Below, one piece after another: positions 49,947 through 59,419 of a stretch of 64,000 nt of DNA (position 1 is its first letter; each line of letters begins with the position of its first letter). This DNA comes from Myxococcota bacterium (lineage in GTDB: Bacteria > Myxococcota_A > Polyangia > Polyangiales > Sandaracinaceae): the NCBI GenBank assembly GCA_036149055.1, contig JAYZQJ010000191.1, positions 10,643-74,642 on the forward strand, read 5' to 3'. A program made the translations under genes and the position numbers. The notes beneath the pieces were generated by a model. The model made no database searches and had not been told where the DNA came from. It worked only from the letters and a program-made list of their open reading frames with translations.

Positions 49947-52703
49947 CTAACACTTGATCTTGACTTGGCTGGCCGCGTCGATCTCCGTGACCCCGGACGT
50001 CGCCGCGATCTTGACCGTGCCGCCGGCGATCTCGATGCCATCGGGCTTGATGCGGATGCTCGAGGACCCGACGGTGAGCTTGATCTCGTTCTCGGCGGTG
50101 ATCTCGATCTTGTTTCCCGCCTGGATCGCCACCGAGTCATCGGCGATCTGCAGAAGCTTCTTCAGCGTGTGGACGCGGATGTTGTCCTCCGCCCGAATCT
50201 GAAGGTTCCCGTCGTCTTTGGCGTCGTACCAGACCTTGCCGTCGCCCGACTTGATCTGAACTCGCCCCTGCGTGTGCAGGTAGCCGAAGTCGTTCAGCTC
50301 GAAGTGGGTGCCGTCGCCCTGCTTCACCATGAACCGCTTCTTGGTGTCGATGTCCCACTTGCCCTTGGCGACGGACGTGGTCTTGTTGCCCGCGGTGACG
50401 AGCAGGTCGTCTTTGCTCCCGTCGATCTGGGTTTCCCGGTTCTCGATGACCCAGAGCTTGTCGTTGCCGCCCTCCGGTCCGATCTGCGTCGTCCGATTGC
50501 CCTTGATCGTGTTCGTCTCGTCGACGTCGACCGTCTTCTCGCGGTTGTTGTGGACCGTGAGCTTCTGGTCGTTGCCGATGGTCTCGGTGTGGTCGTGGTC
50601 GACGGTGTTCGTCTGGTCGACCTTCACGTGGGTCGTGTGGCAGTGCTCGACGACCTCGTTGAAGTCCTTCTCGGCGTGGAGATAGATCTCCTCCTCGCCC
50701 TGCTTGTCCTCGACCTTGAGCTCGTTCGAGCCGCGCTGGCTCTCGTCGGCGCGGTTGGACGAGCTGTTCGTCTTCCATCCGCTGACGGTCTTGTTGTCGG
50801 GTAGCGTCCAGGGGACGCCGTTGTCGCCGTTGTAGAGGCAGCCGGTGATGATCGGGCGGTCGGGGTCGCCGCCGAGGAAGCTGACGATCACCTCCATGCC
50901 GACGCGGGGGATCCACATGGCGCCCCAGCCGGCGCCGGCCCACTGCTGCATCACGCGGATCCAGGCGCTCGAGCGCTCGTCGCCCGCGCTGAGGCGGTCC
51001 CAGTGGAAGCGCACCTTCACCCGGCCGTACTGGTCCGTGTAGATCTCCTCGTTGCCCTCGCCGACGACCGTCGCCGTCTCGGGCCCGGGCATGGTCGGGC
51101 GCGTGGGCGCCGGCGGGCGGTAGGGCATGTCCGCCGGGACCAGCTCGAGCGTCGCGTGGAAGCCGCCGCCGGCGCCCCCGGGCTGGCCGCTGCCGCTCAC
51201 GCGCGTGATCAGGTACCGGCCGTCGTGCGTGTCGGCGCCGACCAGCTCGAAGATGTGGCCCGGCTTCGCCTCGATGACGGTGGTCTGGATGGACCAGTGG
51301 GCGCGGCTCAGGTCGAGGCGCTCGGTCTGGTGCTGGGCGTGGCGCTGCGCCGTGTGCTCTCGGTAGCGGCCGACGCCGTCGTCGTACCCGTGGTGCCGCA
51401 CGTTGTGGAAGTGCTCGTGCACCTCGAGCGCCGGGCCCGCGTGGTCCCCGCGGCCGTCGTGTCGCTGCTCTACCGGGGCGTTCGGGCGGGTCCAGTCGTA
51501 GCCCGTGCTGTGCACGTCGGTCGGGCCCATCCAGCGCTGTCGCTGGATGTGGAACGCCGCCTCGCGCCCGACGGCGGCGTTCTCCTGCTGCGTGTAGTGC
51601 ATCCGCCCCTCCGCGTGCTCCAGGATGCGCGGGCGGTTGTCGTTCGTGTCGCAGAGGACGAGGACCTCGTGCTCCTCCGAGTCGTGGTCGAAGTACCACC
51701 AGATGCCCTCCTCATCCATCAGGCGAGAGAGGAAGCCCCAGTGCGTCTCGCGGTGCTGCACCAGGTACTCGTGCACGGGGTACTGCTCGGTGAGCTCGAC
51801 CCGCAGCTCCCGCTGTCGGTCGCCGACCAGCTCGTGCAGCACCTCCTTCACGAGGCGCGGCACGTTCATGTCCTGGTAGATCCGCGAGTCCTGGCCCTGC
51901 GTCATCATCCAGGCCGCGGGCACGATCTCGAGGTGGATCAGCTGCTCGTCGCGGCCGTGGTCGACCGACGCGCGGCGGATGATGCCGCGCAGGTTCCGCT
52001 GGTGCTCCTCGCGCTCGATGCTCACGTGCGCGTCCTTGGCGAAGAGCTCCGTCTCCTCCAGGAAGCTGTCGCGATCCACCGCCGCCTCGACGCTGATCAC
52101 CGGGAGCTCGCCGATCGCGTCCTCGTAGTGCAGGGACCGCACGTTCCAGGTCACGTCGCTGCCGTCGACGTGCAGGTGGTAGCGCACCGTGTGGGCCTCG
52201 CCGAAGAGGCCCTCCACCATGTCGATGGCGCCCTCGACGAGCTGTCCCGCGCCGCGCGCGATCTGGCCGACGCCGGCCATGACCGCCTGCGCCTCGCCTT
52301 CGGGGACCACGTAGCGCGCCGCGTCCGCGAGCCCGCCCGCGCCGCTGCCGATGTCCGAGATGTCGCCGTTGCGGATGCCTTTGGCGAGGCCGTCGAGGCC
52401 CTTGGCGCCCTTCGCCACCGACTCGCCGACGTGCGCGGCGGTCTCGAGCCCCTCGCGCCAGTCTTCGGCGGTGTGGTCTTCGGGCTCGCCGTGCTCGTCG
52501 TCGCCGTGCTCCTCGCCCTCGCAGTGCTCCTCTTCCTCTTCGGGGATCATGCCGGCGATGCCCTCGGCGATGCCGGCGAAGCCCTCGCCCATCTCCTCCA
52601 CCGAGTGAGCCGGGCCGTGCTCGTCGTCCCCGTGCCCGCTGCGGTCGTGCCCGCCGCCTCCGCCATGGCCGCCGCCACCGCCGTGTCCACCGTGGTCCGT
52701 CAT
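49947..52703 (-). CDS. vgrG: type VI secretion tip protein VgrG with an N-terminal extension
   Basis: VQHRET...RLMDEEGIW, GPETATVVG, DQYGRVKVRFHWD, PRVGMEV, GDPDRP, HAEKD, gp5 C-terminal repeats. Confidence 0.95.
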   Translation of the reverse strand: MTDHGGHGGGGGHGGGGGHDRSGHGDDEHGPAHSVEEMGEGFAGIAEGIAGMIPEEEEEHCEGEEHGDDEHGEPEDHTAEDWREGLETAAHVGESVAKGAKGLDGLAKGIRNGDISDIGSGAGGLADAARYVVPEGEAQAVMAGVGQIARGAGQLVEGAIDMVEGLFGEAHTVRYHLHVDGSDVTWNVRSLHYEDAIGELPVISVEAAVDRDSFLEETELFAKDAHVSIEREEHQRNLRGIIRRASVDHGRDEQLIHLEIVPAAWMMTQGQDSRIYQDMNVPRLVKEVLHELVGDRQRELRVELTEQYPVHEYLVQHRETHWGFLSRLMDEEGIWWYFDHDSEEHEVLVLCDTNDNRPRILEHAEGRMHYTQQENAAVGREAAFHIQRQRWMGPTDVHSTGYDWTRPNAPVEQRHDGRGDHAGPALEVHEHFHNVRHHGYDDGVGRYREHTAQRHAQHQTERLDLSRAHWSIQTTVIEAKPGHIFELVGADTHDGRYLITRVSGSGQPGGAGGGFHATLELVPADMPYRPPAPTRPTMPGPETATVVGEGNEEIYTDQYGRVKVRFHWDRLSAGDERSSAWIRVMQQWAGAGWGAMWIPRVGMEVIVSFLGGDPDRPIITGCLYNGDNGVPWTLPDNKTVSGWKTNSSSNRADESQRGSNELKVEDKQGEEEIYLHAEKDFNEVVEHCHTTHVKVDQTNTVDHDHTETIGNDQKLTVHNNREKTVDVDETNTIKGNRTTQIGPEGGNDKLWVIENRETQIDGSKDDLLVTAGNKTTSVAKGKWDIDTKKRFMVKQGDGTHFELNDFGYLHTQGRVQIKSGDGKVWYDAKDDGNLQIRAEDNIRVHTLKKLLQIADDSVAIQAGNKIEITAENEIKLTVGSSSIRIKPDGIEIAGGTVKIAATSGVTEIDAASQVKIKC

Positions 52704-52718
52704 CGTCGCTCCCCGTGC

Positions 52719-52734
52719 TGCGCTCCGAATGCCA
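52719..52734 (-). promoter_or_regulatory. possible sigma54 element upstream of vgrG
   Basis: TGGCATTCGGAGCGCA (GG-N10-GC). Confidence 0.25.
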
Positions 52735-52791
52735 GCACGCCACCCGCTTCGGCCCCCCTCGACCGCGGTTGCGTGCCCCGGCGCATTTTTC

Positions 52792-53850
52792 TCACAAACC
52801 GTCGGCCCGGTTCCAGCGTCGCCGGAAAGACAGCGTGATCTCCACGCCCGAGAGCTCGCGCGCGGAGAGCTCCAGCCGGCTCAGCGACGCCCTCACGCAC
52901 TGCTCCATGTCCGGATGGTCGAGAGTCGACCGGCCGCTGAGCACCGACTGGACGCCCGTCGGCTGCAGAAGGAGCTGAACCACCAGCGAGCCGGCGTCGG
53001 GAGGCGCGGGCGCGCGCGCGTGGCAGTCGGCGAGCGCCGCGAGCCGACGGGAGATGGCCTCACGCACCCCCTCGAGCTCACCGAAGAGCTCGATGCGATC
53101 GATGATGACCTCGGCCTCGAACGCGGGCGCGCGATCTTCGTAGCTCGTGGGACGCTCGGGGAGCGCGGAGGAGGGAGGCGCGAGCCCCGAGAGACCGACG
53201 CGGCTCAGATCCGGCAGAGGCGCCACCGACTCGAGGCGGCGGGGGGCGATGAGCCACGGCTGATCGAAGCCCGCCTCGGCGGCCACCTGGATGGCCCGGG
53301 CCCAGCTGCGGACGTCGGCCTCGGGGCCGAGCTCGAACGCCAGCCGCCTCCGTCGCGGCCACATGTCGCGCTGCGCGGCGAGTCGCGCCGACAGGGAACG
53401 CCAGACGTCATCGCCCTCGACGGGCACCGACGCGCCTTCGCTGTCGCGAACGAGGAGCTGTCCTCCGTCGAGCACCAGCCAGAGGTGCACGTCGAGGGCG
53501 GACGGCCGCGCGACGTCGGAGACGAAGGGAGGGAGGGCGGCCTCTCGTCCGCCCGCCGAGACGGCCAGGCGGACGGCGCTCCCGTCCCGCGACAGACGAC
53601 GCGCCAGGCGGAGCACGCGCCGGGCGCGGAGCCCGGGTGGGGCCAGGAGGAGGTACGCCTCGCGCGTCGGGGCGGAGGGCTGGGGCGCCCGGTCTCCCGC
53701 CGATACGCAGACACGCTCACCCGACGGGGCGCCCTCGGCCGTCAGCGTCGGGAGCTTGGGCGAGGTCGGGCACGCGATGTGCGTTTCGTTGGGTGACGGC
53801 GACCCGCACGAGATCGCGGACAGCGCCGCCAGCCAGATCGAGGCCCTCAT
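52792..53850 (-). CDS. hypothetical lipoprotein, possible AgmX/PglI-like C-terminus
   Basis: AISC lipobox; C-terminal ALADC...G...STLDHPDMEQCV. Confidence 0.6.
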   Translation of the reverse strand: MRASIWLAALSAISCGSPSPNETHIACPTSPKLPTLTAEGAPSGERVCVSAGDRAPQPSAPTREAYLLLAPPGLRARRVLRLARRLSRDGSAVRLAVSAGGREAALPPFVSDVARPSALDVHLWLVLDGGQLLVRDSEGASVPVEGDDVWRSLSARLAAQRDMWPRRRRLAFELGPEADVRSWARAIQVAAEAGFDQPWLIAPRRLESVAPLPDLSRVGLSGLAPPSSALPERPTSYEDRAPAFEAEVIIDRIELFGELEGVREAISRRLAALADCHARAPAPPDAGSLVVQLLLQPTGVQSVLSGRSTLDHPDMEQCVRASLSRLELSARELSGVEITLSFRRRWNRADGL

Positions 53851-53923
53851 GACGCCACCGTATCGACGGCGTAAGCGCGGTGTCATGTGGAGCAGACCGA
53901 GCGGGTGGCGATAGCGTCACGGC

Positions 53924-56464
53924 ATGAAGCGTTGGCTCTTCGTGCTCCTCGCGCTCACCGCCTGCGACCCGACGTCGGTCGCCGAGGACGCTTCGGGCCA
54001 GGACGCCTCGGCGGATGCGGGCGTGGTCGAGCCGGAGCCGCTCTCGACCGCGCACTGCACCTACGCGCCGCTCCCGGCGACGGCGGGCGCGGGAGGGCGG
54101 GTGGAGGCGGGGCCGGTCACGGCCGGCGTGGCGGAGGTCGAGCTGGGGCTTCCGGTGGGCGCGGCGCTCGGGGGGAACACGTCGCGGGCGGCGCCGCTCG
54201 ACAACCAGGGCGACGTGGACGGAAGAGAGGTGCCGCTCTCGGGGACGTTCACGCCGAGCGTCGGGGTCGAGACGATCCCGAAGGTGAAGGCGCTCGCGAT
54301 CACCGCGGGGGGCGAGACGGTGCTGCTCCTGCGGAGCGACACGATCTTCAGCGACGACACGGTGACGCACGAGGTGACCGAGGCGCTCGGGCCGGAGCTG
54401 GCCGGGAAGGTGATCTGGCTGTCGAGTCACACCCACACCGCGCCCGAGCAGTACTCCGCCGACACGAAGTTCCAGGTGGGCGGCGGCCCGGTGCGCGCGA
54501 GCGTGCGCGCGGCCTTGATCGAGCGGCTGATCGAGGCGGGGCGGGCGGCGCTCGACGCGCGGGTCCCGGCGCGGATCGGGGTCGCCAGCGATCACGACTT
54601 CGACCCGGAGGATCGCGTCAGCTACGACCGCCGGCCCGAGAACGACGACCTCTATCACGGCGGCGAGGCCCGCAAGGACACGCACCTGGCGGTGATCCGG
54701 GTGGACACCCTCGATGGGGCGCCGATGGCGATCCTCCCGGTGTTCGGCGCGCACTCCGCGATCCTCGATGACGACGTCGCCGTGTTCAGCACCGATCTCT
54801 CGGGCATGATCGAGCGCACCCTCGAGGAGCAGTTCGACGCGCCGGTCATGGTGATGCACCTGCAGGGCGCCGCCGGAGACGTGCTGGGGGCGAGCCACGG
54901 GCACCTCGAGTACGAGGAGGGGCAGCTCCGCTGGGACTTCGCGCGCAACGAGGAGAACGGGCGCTGGGCGCTGCCCCAGATCCTGCCGGTCTGGGAGGCG
55001 GCGGGCGAGGTGATGCAGGACCGCGTCGCGATGGAGGTGGTGACCCGCTCGGTGCCGATGGGGCCCGACTGGCGGACCTTCACGGTGCGGGACGGCGCGC
55101 TCGCCTACGCCCCCTGGGACGGGCGGCGACCGGCGGACCGAGAGGTCTGGCGGGACGGCGCGATCGTCTCGCCGATCGACGAGTTCAACGCGCCGGGCGG
55201 CGCCTCGCTCTGCGGCGAGGACACGGCGCTCCTCGACATCGCCCAGCTGCCCAACGTCGACGGGCTCACCGCCTACCACTCGTGCGCGAGCCTGGAGCGC
55301 GCGACGATGATCCTGGGCATTCTGCTCGACTTCGAGTTCGAGCCGACCCCGCTCTGCGTCTCGACCCGCACGACGATCACCGCCTGGCGCCTCGGAGACC
55401 ACCTGTTCGCCACCGCGCCGGGCGAGCCGCTGGTGCCGTGGGCGGAGTACGTGCGGGAGCGCTCGCCGCTCGGCGCGGAGAACACGTTCGTGCTCGGCTA
55501 CGCGCAGGGACACAACGGCTACCTGCTCCGGCCGGAGGACTGGCTGCAGGGCGGGTTCGAGCCGACCATCAACTCCTGGGGGCCGCTGGAGGGGGAGTAC
55601 CTCGCCGAGCGGCTCGCCGAGCTGATGGCGCTCGCGGTGACCGACGCGCGAGAGGACGCCGCGGCGGGCGGCGTGGACCGCGTGGTGGCGATGACCTTCG
55701 ACGACGGGATCACGCCGACCCCGGACGTCGCGCCGGACGCGGGCACGGTGCCCGACGCCGTCCCGGGCGAGGTCTTCTTCCGCGGCGGCTACGCGGTGTC
55801 GAGCGCCCAGCCGGCGGCGACGGTCGAGCGGGTGAACGAGGTCGCGCGCTTCGTCTGGCTCGGCGAGGACTCGCTGGTCGGCACGCCGCGCGTGACCCTG
55901 CAGCGCGAGGTCGATGGCGTGTTCGAGGCGGTGACCCGGCGGAGCGGCCGGCCGGTGGAGGACCTCGATCTGATCGTGGTGTGGACCCCGCAGCCGCTGA
56001 CCTGGGAGCCCGGGGAGACGCGCACACACTACTGGACGGTGGAGTGGCAGCCGGTGAGCTGGCGGCTCGAGGCGCCCCTCGACGAGCGGGCGGGCGTGCC
56101 GCTCGGGCGGTACCGCTTCCACGTCGAGGGGAGCGGCTACGCGCTCGACAGCGAGCCGTTCGAGGTGGTCCCGGCCACGCTCGACGTCCGGACGAGGACC
56201 GAGGGCGAGGCGCTGGTGGTCGAGGCGCTCTTTCAGCCGCGCGAGGGCTGGCGGCTGATGGACATGACCGGCCGCGCCAACCGCGACGTGGGGGATCGCG
56301 CCGGGCCGTTCGAGGTCGAGGTGCGCGGGGAGGGCGGCGCGTCGGAGACGTTCACGGGCGTCGAGCCCGAGGCGCCCGGCGTGGTGCGGGTCACGCCGAG
56401 CTTCCCGGTCACGTCGGTCCGGGTGCGGGACCGGTTCGAGAACGCGGGCGAGGTCAGCGGGTAG
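53924..56464 (+). CDS. neutral/alkaline ceramidase-like lipoprotein
   Basis: LTAC lipobox; SHTHTAP, QGAAGD, PGE, GYAQGHNGY. Confidence 0.75.
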   Translation: MKRWLFVLLALTACDPTSVAEDASGQDASADAGVVEPEPLSTAHCTYAPLPATAGAGGRVEAGPVTAGVAEVELGLPVGAALGGNTSRAAPLDNQGDVDGREVPLSGTFTPSVGVETIPKVKALAITAGGETVLLLRSDTIFSDDTVTHEVTEALGPELAGKVIWLSSHTHTAPEQYSADTKFQVGGGPVRASVRAALIERLIEAGRAALDARVPARIGVASDHDFDPEDRVSYDRRPENDDLYHGGEARKDTHLAVIRVDTLDGAPMAILPVFGAHSAILDDDVAVFSTDLSGMIERTLEEQFDAPVMVMHLQGAAGDVLGASHGHLEYEEGQLRWDFARNEENGRWALPQILPVWEAAGEVMQDRVAMEVVTRSVPMGPDWRTFTVRDGALAYAPWDGRRPADREVWRDGAIVSPIDEFNAPGGASLCGEDTALLDIAQLPNVDGLTAYHSCASLERATMILGILLDFEFEPTPLCVSTRTTITAWRLGDHLFATAPGEPLVPWAEYVRERSPLGAENTFVLGYAQGHNGYLLRPEDWLQGGFEPTINSWGPLEGEYLAERLAELMALAVTDAREDAAAGGVDRVVAMTFDDGITPTPDVAPDAGTVPDAVPGEVFFRGGYAVSSAQPAATVERVNEVARFVWLGEDSLVGTPRVTLQREVDGVFEAVTRRSGRPVEDLDLIVVWTPQPLTWEPGETRTHYWTVEWQPVSWRLEAPLDERAGVPLGRYRFHVEGSGYALDSEPFEVVPATLDVRTRTEGEALVVEALFQPREGWRLMDMTGRANRDVGDRAGPFEVEVRGEGGASETFTGVEPEAPGVVRVTPSFPVTSVRVRDRFENAGEVSG

Positions 56465-57926
56465 CGGCGGGATCGGAGGCGAGCACGCGTCCGTCGGGCA
56501 TCAGCGTGCCCGGGAGCTCCAGGCCCCGAGCGAGCGCGACGAGCCCGTCGTGCAGCTCGCTGCGATCGACCTGGAGGCGCGCGACGGTCATGCGGCGGCG
56601 CTCGCGGGTGAGGCGGACGCGGACGGCGCGCGCGGTCTCCCGGGCGAGGCGCACGTAGCGGAGCGCGATGGCGCCGCCGAGGAACGACAGGCTCGTGACC
56701 AGCAGGCCCGCGGCGATCGGGGTGTCCGGGATGCCGCCGTACATCTCGTGCGCCATCGCGTGCCCCACCCCGGCCGCGACCCCGAGGCCGATCCAGGTCA
56801 ACGGGAAGAGCACCGCGCCGACGAGCACCTTGATCGAGGCCTCGTCCTTCTTGCGCTTGGCGGCGGCGCGGGTGACGAGCCAGAGCGCGAGCGCGGGCGG
56901 CGCGTTCACGATCACGCCGAAGACGAGGATCGGCGGGAGGAGGAAGTAGACGAGCAGCACCTGCAGGCCGAGCAGGACGGCGATCCACGGGTTGAGGATC
57001 GGCGGACCCCGGTCGAGCTCGTGGTCCTCCATCTCGAGCGCGCGCAGGTCGCGGTCGTACTCGCGGACGCGCGCCTTCAGCGCGGCCACCTCCTCGGGGT
57101 GCGACTCCAGGCGTTGGTAGTAGCCGGCCCAGATCCGCGAGAAGGCCCGCATCTTCTCTTCCATCGTCGGCTTCTCGAGCTCGCTGTCGGTGCGGCTCGC
57201 CCGCTCGGCCCGGACGATCTTGCGCGCGCGGTGCATCAGCCGGTGGATGTCCCAGCTCTCGGTGGCGTGGACGACCTCGCGCAGCACGTGATCGATCGCG
57301 TCGGTCAGCAGGCGTTGGCGCTCGCGCGTCGTCTCCTCCGGCTCCTCGGGATCCGGGGTGACGTCGAGGCCGGGGGGGAGCTCCATCGGCGGGTGATAGG
57401 TGACGAGCACGCTCGATCGGAAGAGGCGCTTCTCGTCGTAGTGCAGCCCGACCGGGATGATCACGGGCGGCGGCGCGCCGTCCTTCATCAGCTCGCGCGA
57501 GCGATAGTAGAAGCGGGCCACGCCCGTCTTGAGCGCGAGGAGGTGCGGCTCGTCGTGGCTGTCGCCCTCCGGGAAGAGGCAGCTGAAGGAGCCCTGCGCG
57601 ACCCGCTCGGCCAGGGCGTCGAGGCTCCTGGCGTTGGCGGCGCGTCGGGCGCGCTCGTCGAGCTTCTTCGCGTCCATCGCGCGGAAGATCGGGACGGTCC
57701 CGATGGCGCGCATCAGGTGCCCGAGCACGGGGACCCGGAAGAGCCCGTGGCGCGCGCCGAAGACGACCTGACGCGGGAAGGTCTCGAAGATCAGCGCGGG
57801 GTCGATCATCCCGTTCGGGTGCCAGCTCACGAGGATGCCGCCGCCGTCCCGCGGGATGTGCTCGGTCCCGGTCACCTCCACCTGCCGGAAGAAGAAGCGC
57901 AGCAGGAGGTGGGCGAGCTTGACCAC
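56454..57926 (-). CDS. lysophospholipid/glycerol acyltransferase
   Basis: HPNGMID (HX4D), FPEG, IIPVGL; C-terminal TMs; GTG start inferred. Confidence 0.85.
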   Translation of the reverse strand: MVKLAHLLLRFFFRQVEVTGTEHIPRDGGGILVSWHPNGMIDPALIFETFPRQVVFGARHGLFRVPVLGHLMRAIGTVPIFRAMDAKKLDERARRAANARSLDALAERVAQGSFSCLFPEGDSHDEPHLLALKTGVARFYYRSRELMKDGAPPPVIIPVGLHYDEKRLFRSSVLVTYHPPMELPPGLDVTPDPEEPEETTRERQRLLTDAIDHVLREVVHATESWDIHRLMHRARKIVRAERASRTDSELEKPTMEEKMRAFSRIWAGYYQRLESHPEEVAALKARVREYDRDLRALEMEDHELDRGPPILNPWIAVLLGLQVLLVYFLLPPILVFGVIVNAPPALALWLVTRAAAKRKKDEASIKVLVGAVLFPLTWIGLGVAAGVGHAMAHEMYGGIPDTPIAAGLLVTSLSFLGGAIALRYVRLARETARAVRVRLTRERRRMTVARLQVDRSELHDGLVALARGLELPGTLMPDGRVLASDPAATR

Positions 57927-57996
57927 CCAGTCGTAGGCGCGCGGACGCACGCGCCCGAGTATCGCCGCTAACCTTCGGGCGCGTCGAGCGATGAGG

Positions 57997-59316
57997 TCAG
58001 CGGCGCGGGCTGCGCCGACCGCGGCGATTGCCGCTGCCACGGCCACCGCCACCGCCACCGCCACCACCGCCGCCGCCACCGCCGCCGCGTCGACCGCCGC
58101 CGCCTCTGCGCGACCGGCCACCGCCGCCGCCGCCGCCACCGCCGCCTCCGCGGCGCGCGTTCAGATCGGTCACGGGGGGAGGCGGCTCGGTCGCCGGGTA
58201 GCGGTGCTCTTCGACGCGCTCGAGGTGCTGCCCGATGAGCCGCTCGATGTCGACCAGGTAGGGCCGCTCCTCGTGCTCGCAGAACGAGAGCGCGATGCCC
58301 GACGCGCCGGCGCGCGCGGTCCGCCCGATGCGGTGCACGTAGGTCTCCGGCACGTTGGGCAGATCGAAGTTGATCACGTGGGTGATGCCCTCGACGTCGA
58401 TGCCGCGGGCGGCGATGTCGGTCGCGACGAGCACGTTGAGGTCACCGGAGCGGAAGCCGTCCAGCGCTCGGGTGCGCGCGCCCTGCGACTTGTTCCCGTG
58501 GATCGCGGCCGCGCGGATGCCGGCCTTGTCGAGCTGCTTCACCACGCGGTTGGCGCCGTGCTTGGTGCGCGTGAACACGAGGGTGTGCTCGACCCGCTCC
58601 TGGCGGAGGAGATCGACGAGGAGACGGCGCTTGTCCGCCTTGTCCACGAAGTAGACGTGCTGCGCGACCTTCTCCGCGGTCGAGGAGACCGGCGCGACGG
58701 CCACGCTGACCGGGTCGTGCAGGAGCTCCTCGGTCAGGGCGCGGATGGGCGGCGGCATCGTGGCCGAGAAGAAGAGCGTCTGGCGCTTCTTCGGCAGCTT
58801 GGCGATGACCCGCTTCACGTCGGGGAGGAAGCCCATGTCGAGCATGCGGTCCGCCTCGTCGAGGACGAAGATCTCGATGTCCTCGAGGTCGACGTAGCCG
58901 CGGCCCATCAGGTCGAGCAGGCGGCCGGGCGTGGCCACGAGCGCGTCGACGCCGCGCTTCAGCTCGGCGATCTGCGGCTTCTCGTTCACGCCCCCGAAGA
59001 TGACGGTGTGCCAGAGCTCGAGGTACTTGCCGTAGGTCTCGAGGCTCTCGGCGATCTGGGCGGCGAGCTCGCGCGTCGGGGTGAGGATCAGCGCCCGGAG
59101 GGCGGTCTCGTCGTCCGCCACCGCGTCGAGGCGCTGGAGCAGGGGGAGACCGAACGCGGCGGTCTTGCCGGTCCCGGTCTGGGCGCAGCCGAGCACGTCG
59201 CGGCCTGCGAGGGCCGGCGGGATGGCTTCGCGCTGGATGGGGGTGGGCTCCTCGTAGCCCGTCTTCTTCAGGGCGCGGAGCAGAGGCGGGCTGAGCCCGA
59301 GGTCGTCGAACGTCAC
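57997..59316 (-). CDS. rhlE: DEAD-box RNA helicase (RhlE-like) with a Gly/Arg tail (start may be 59331)
   Basis: [34 protein letters not shown]. Confidence 0.92.
   Translation of the reverse strand: MTFDDLGLSPPLLRALKKTGYEEPTPIQREAIPPALAGRDVLGCAQTGTGKTAAFGLPLLQRLDAVADDETALRALILTPTRELAAQIAESLETYGKYLELWHTVIFGGVNEKPQIAELKRGVDALVATPGRLLDLMGRGYVDLEDIEIFVLDEADRMLDMGFLPDVKRVIAKLPKKRQTLFFSATMPPPIRALTEELLHDPVSVAVAPVSSTAEKVAQHVYFVDKADKRRLLVDLLRQERVEHTLVFTRTKHGANRVVKQLDKAGIRAAAIHGNKSQGARTRALDGFRSGDLNVLVATDIAARGIDVEGITHVINFDLPNVPETYVHRIGRTARAGASGIALSFCEHEERPYLVDIERLIGQHLERVEEHRYPATEPPPPVTDLNARRGGGGGGGGGGGRSRRGGGGRRGGGGGGGGGGGGGGGRGSGNRRGRRSPRR
58035..58150. repeat. low-complexity GGC/GGT repeat encoding the poly-Gly/RGG tail of the helicase
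   Basis: (gccacc)n/(gcc)n runs on the plus strand. Confidence 0.8.
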
Positions 59317-59419
59317 GCCGCTAGTTCGCACGATCTACGCCAAGCGCAAGCTTTTCGGTCGGGAGGGGGGCGCGGTTGTGCTGGCCAAGGGACGGTCGAC
59401 CGCGTATCTCTGGTTCTGC

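Noticed and set aside
37487..52703. tRNA-Phe as the integration site of a genomic island
   Set aside because: No integrase and no duplicated tRNA 3' end seen in the window; the adjacent recombinase-like gene is TopIB
58035..58150. GCC/ACC repeat as a CRISPR or regulatory repeat
   Set aside because: It encodes the Gly-rich tail of the helicase; no spacers or cas genes, and no CRISPR array was seen anywhere in the window
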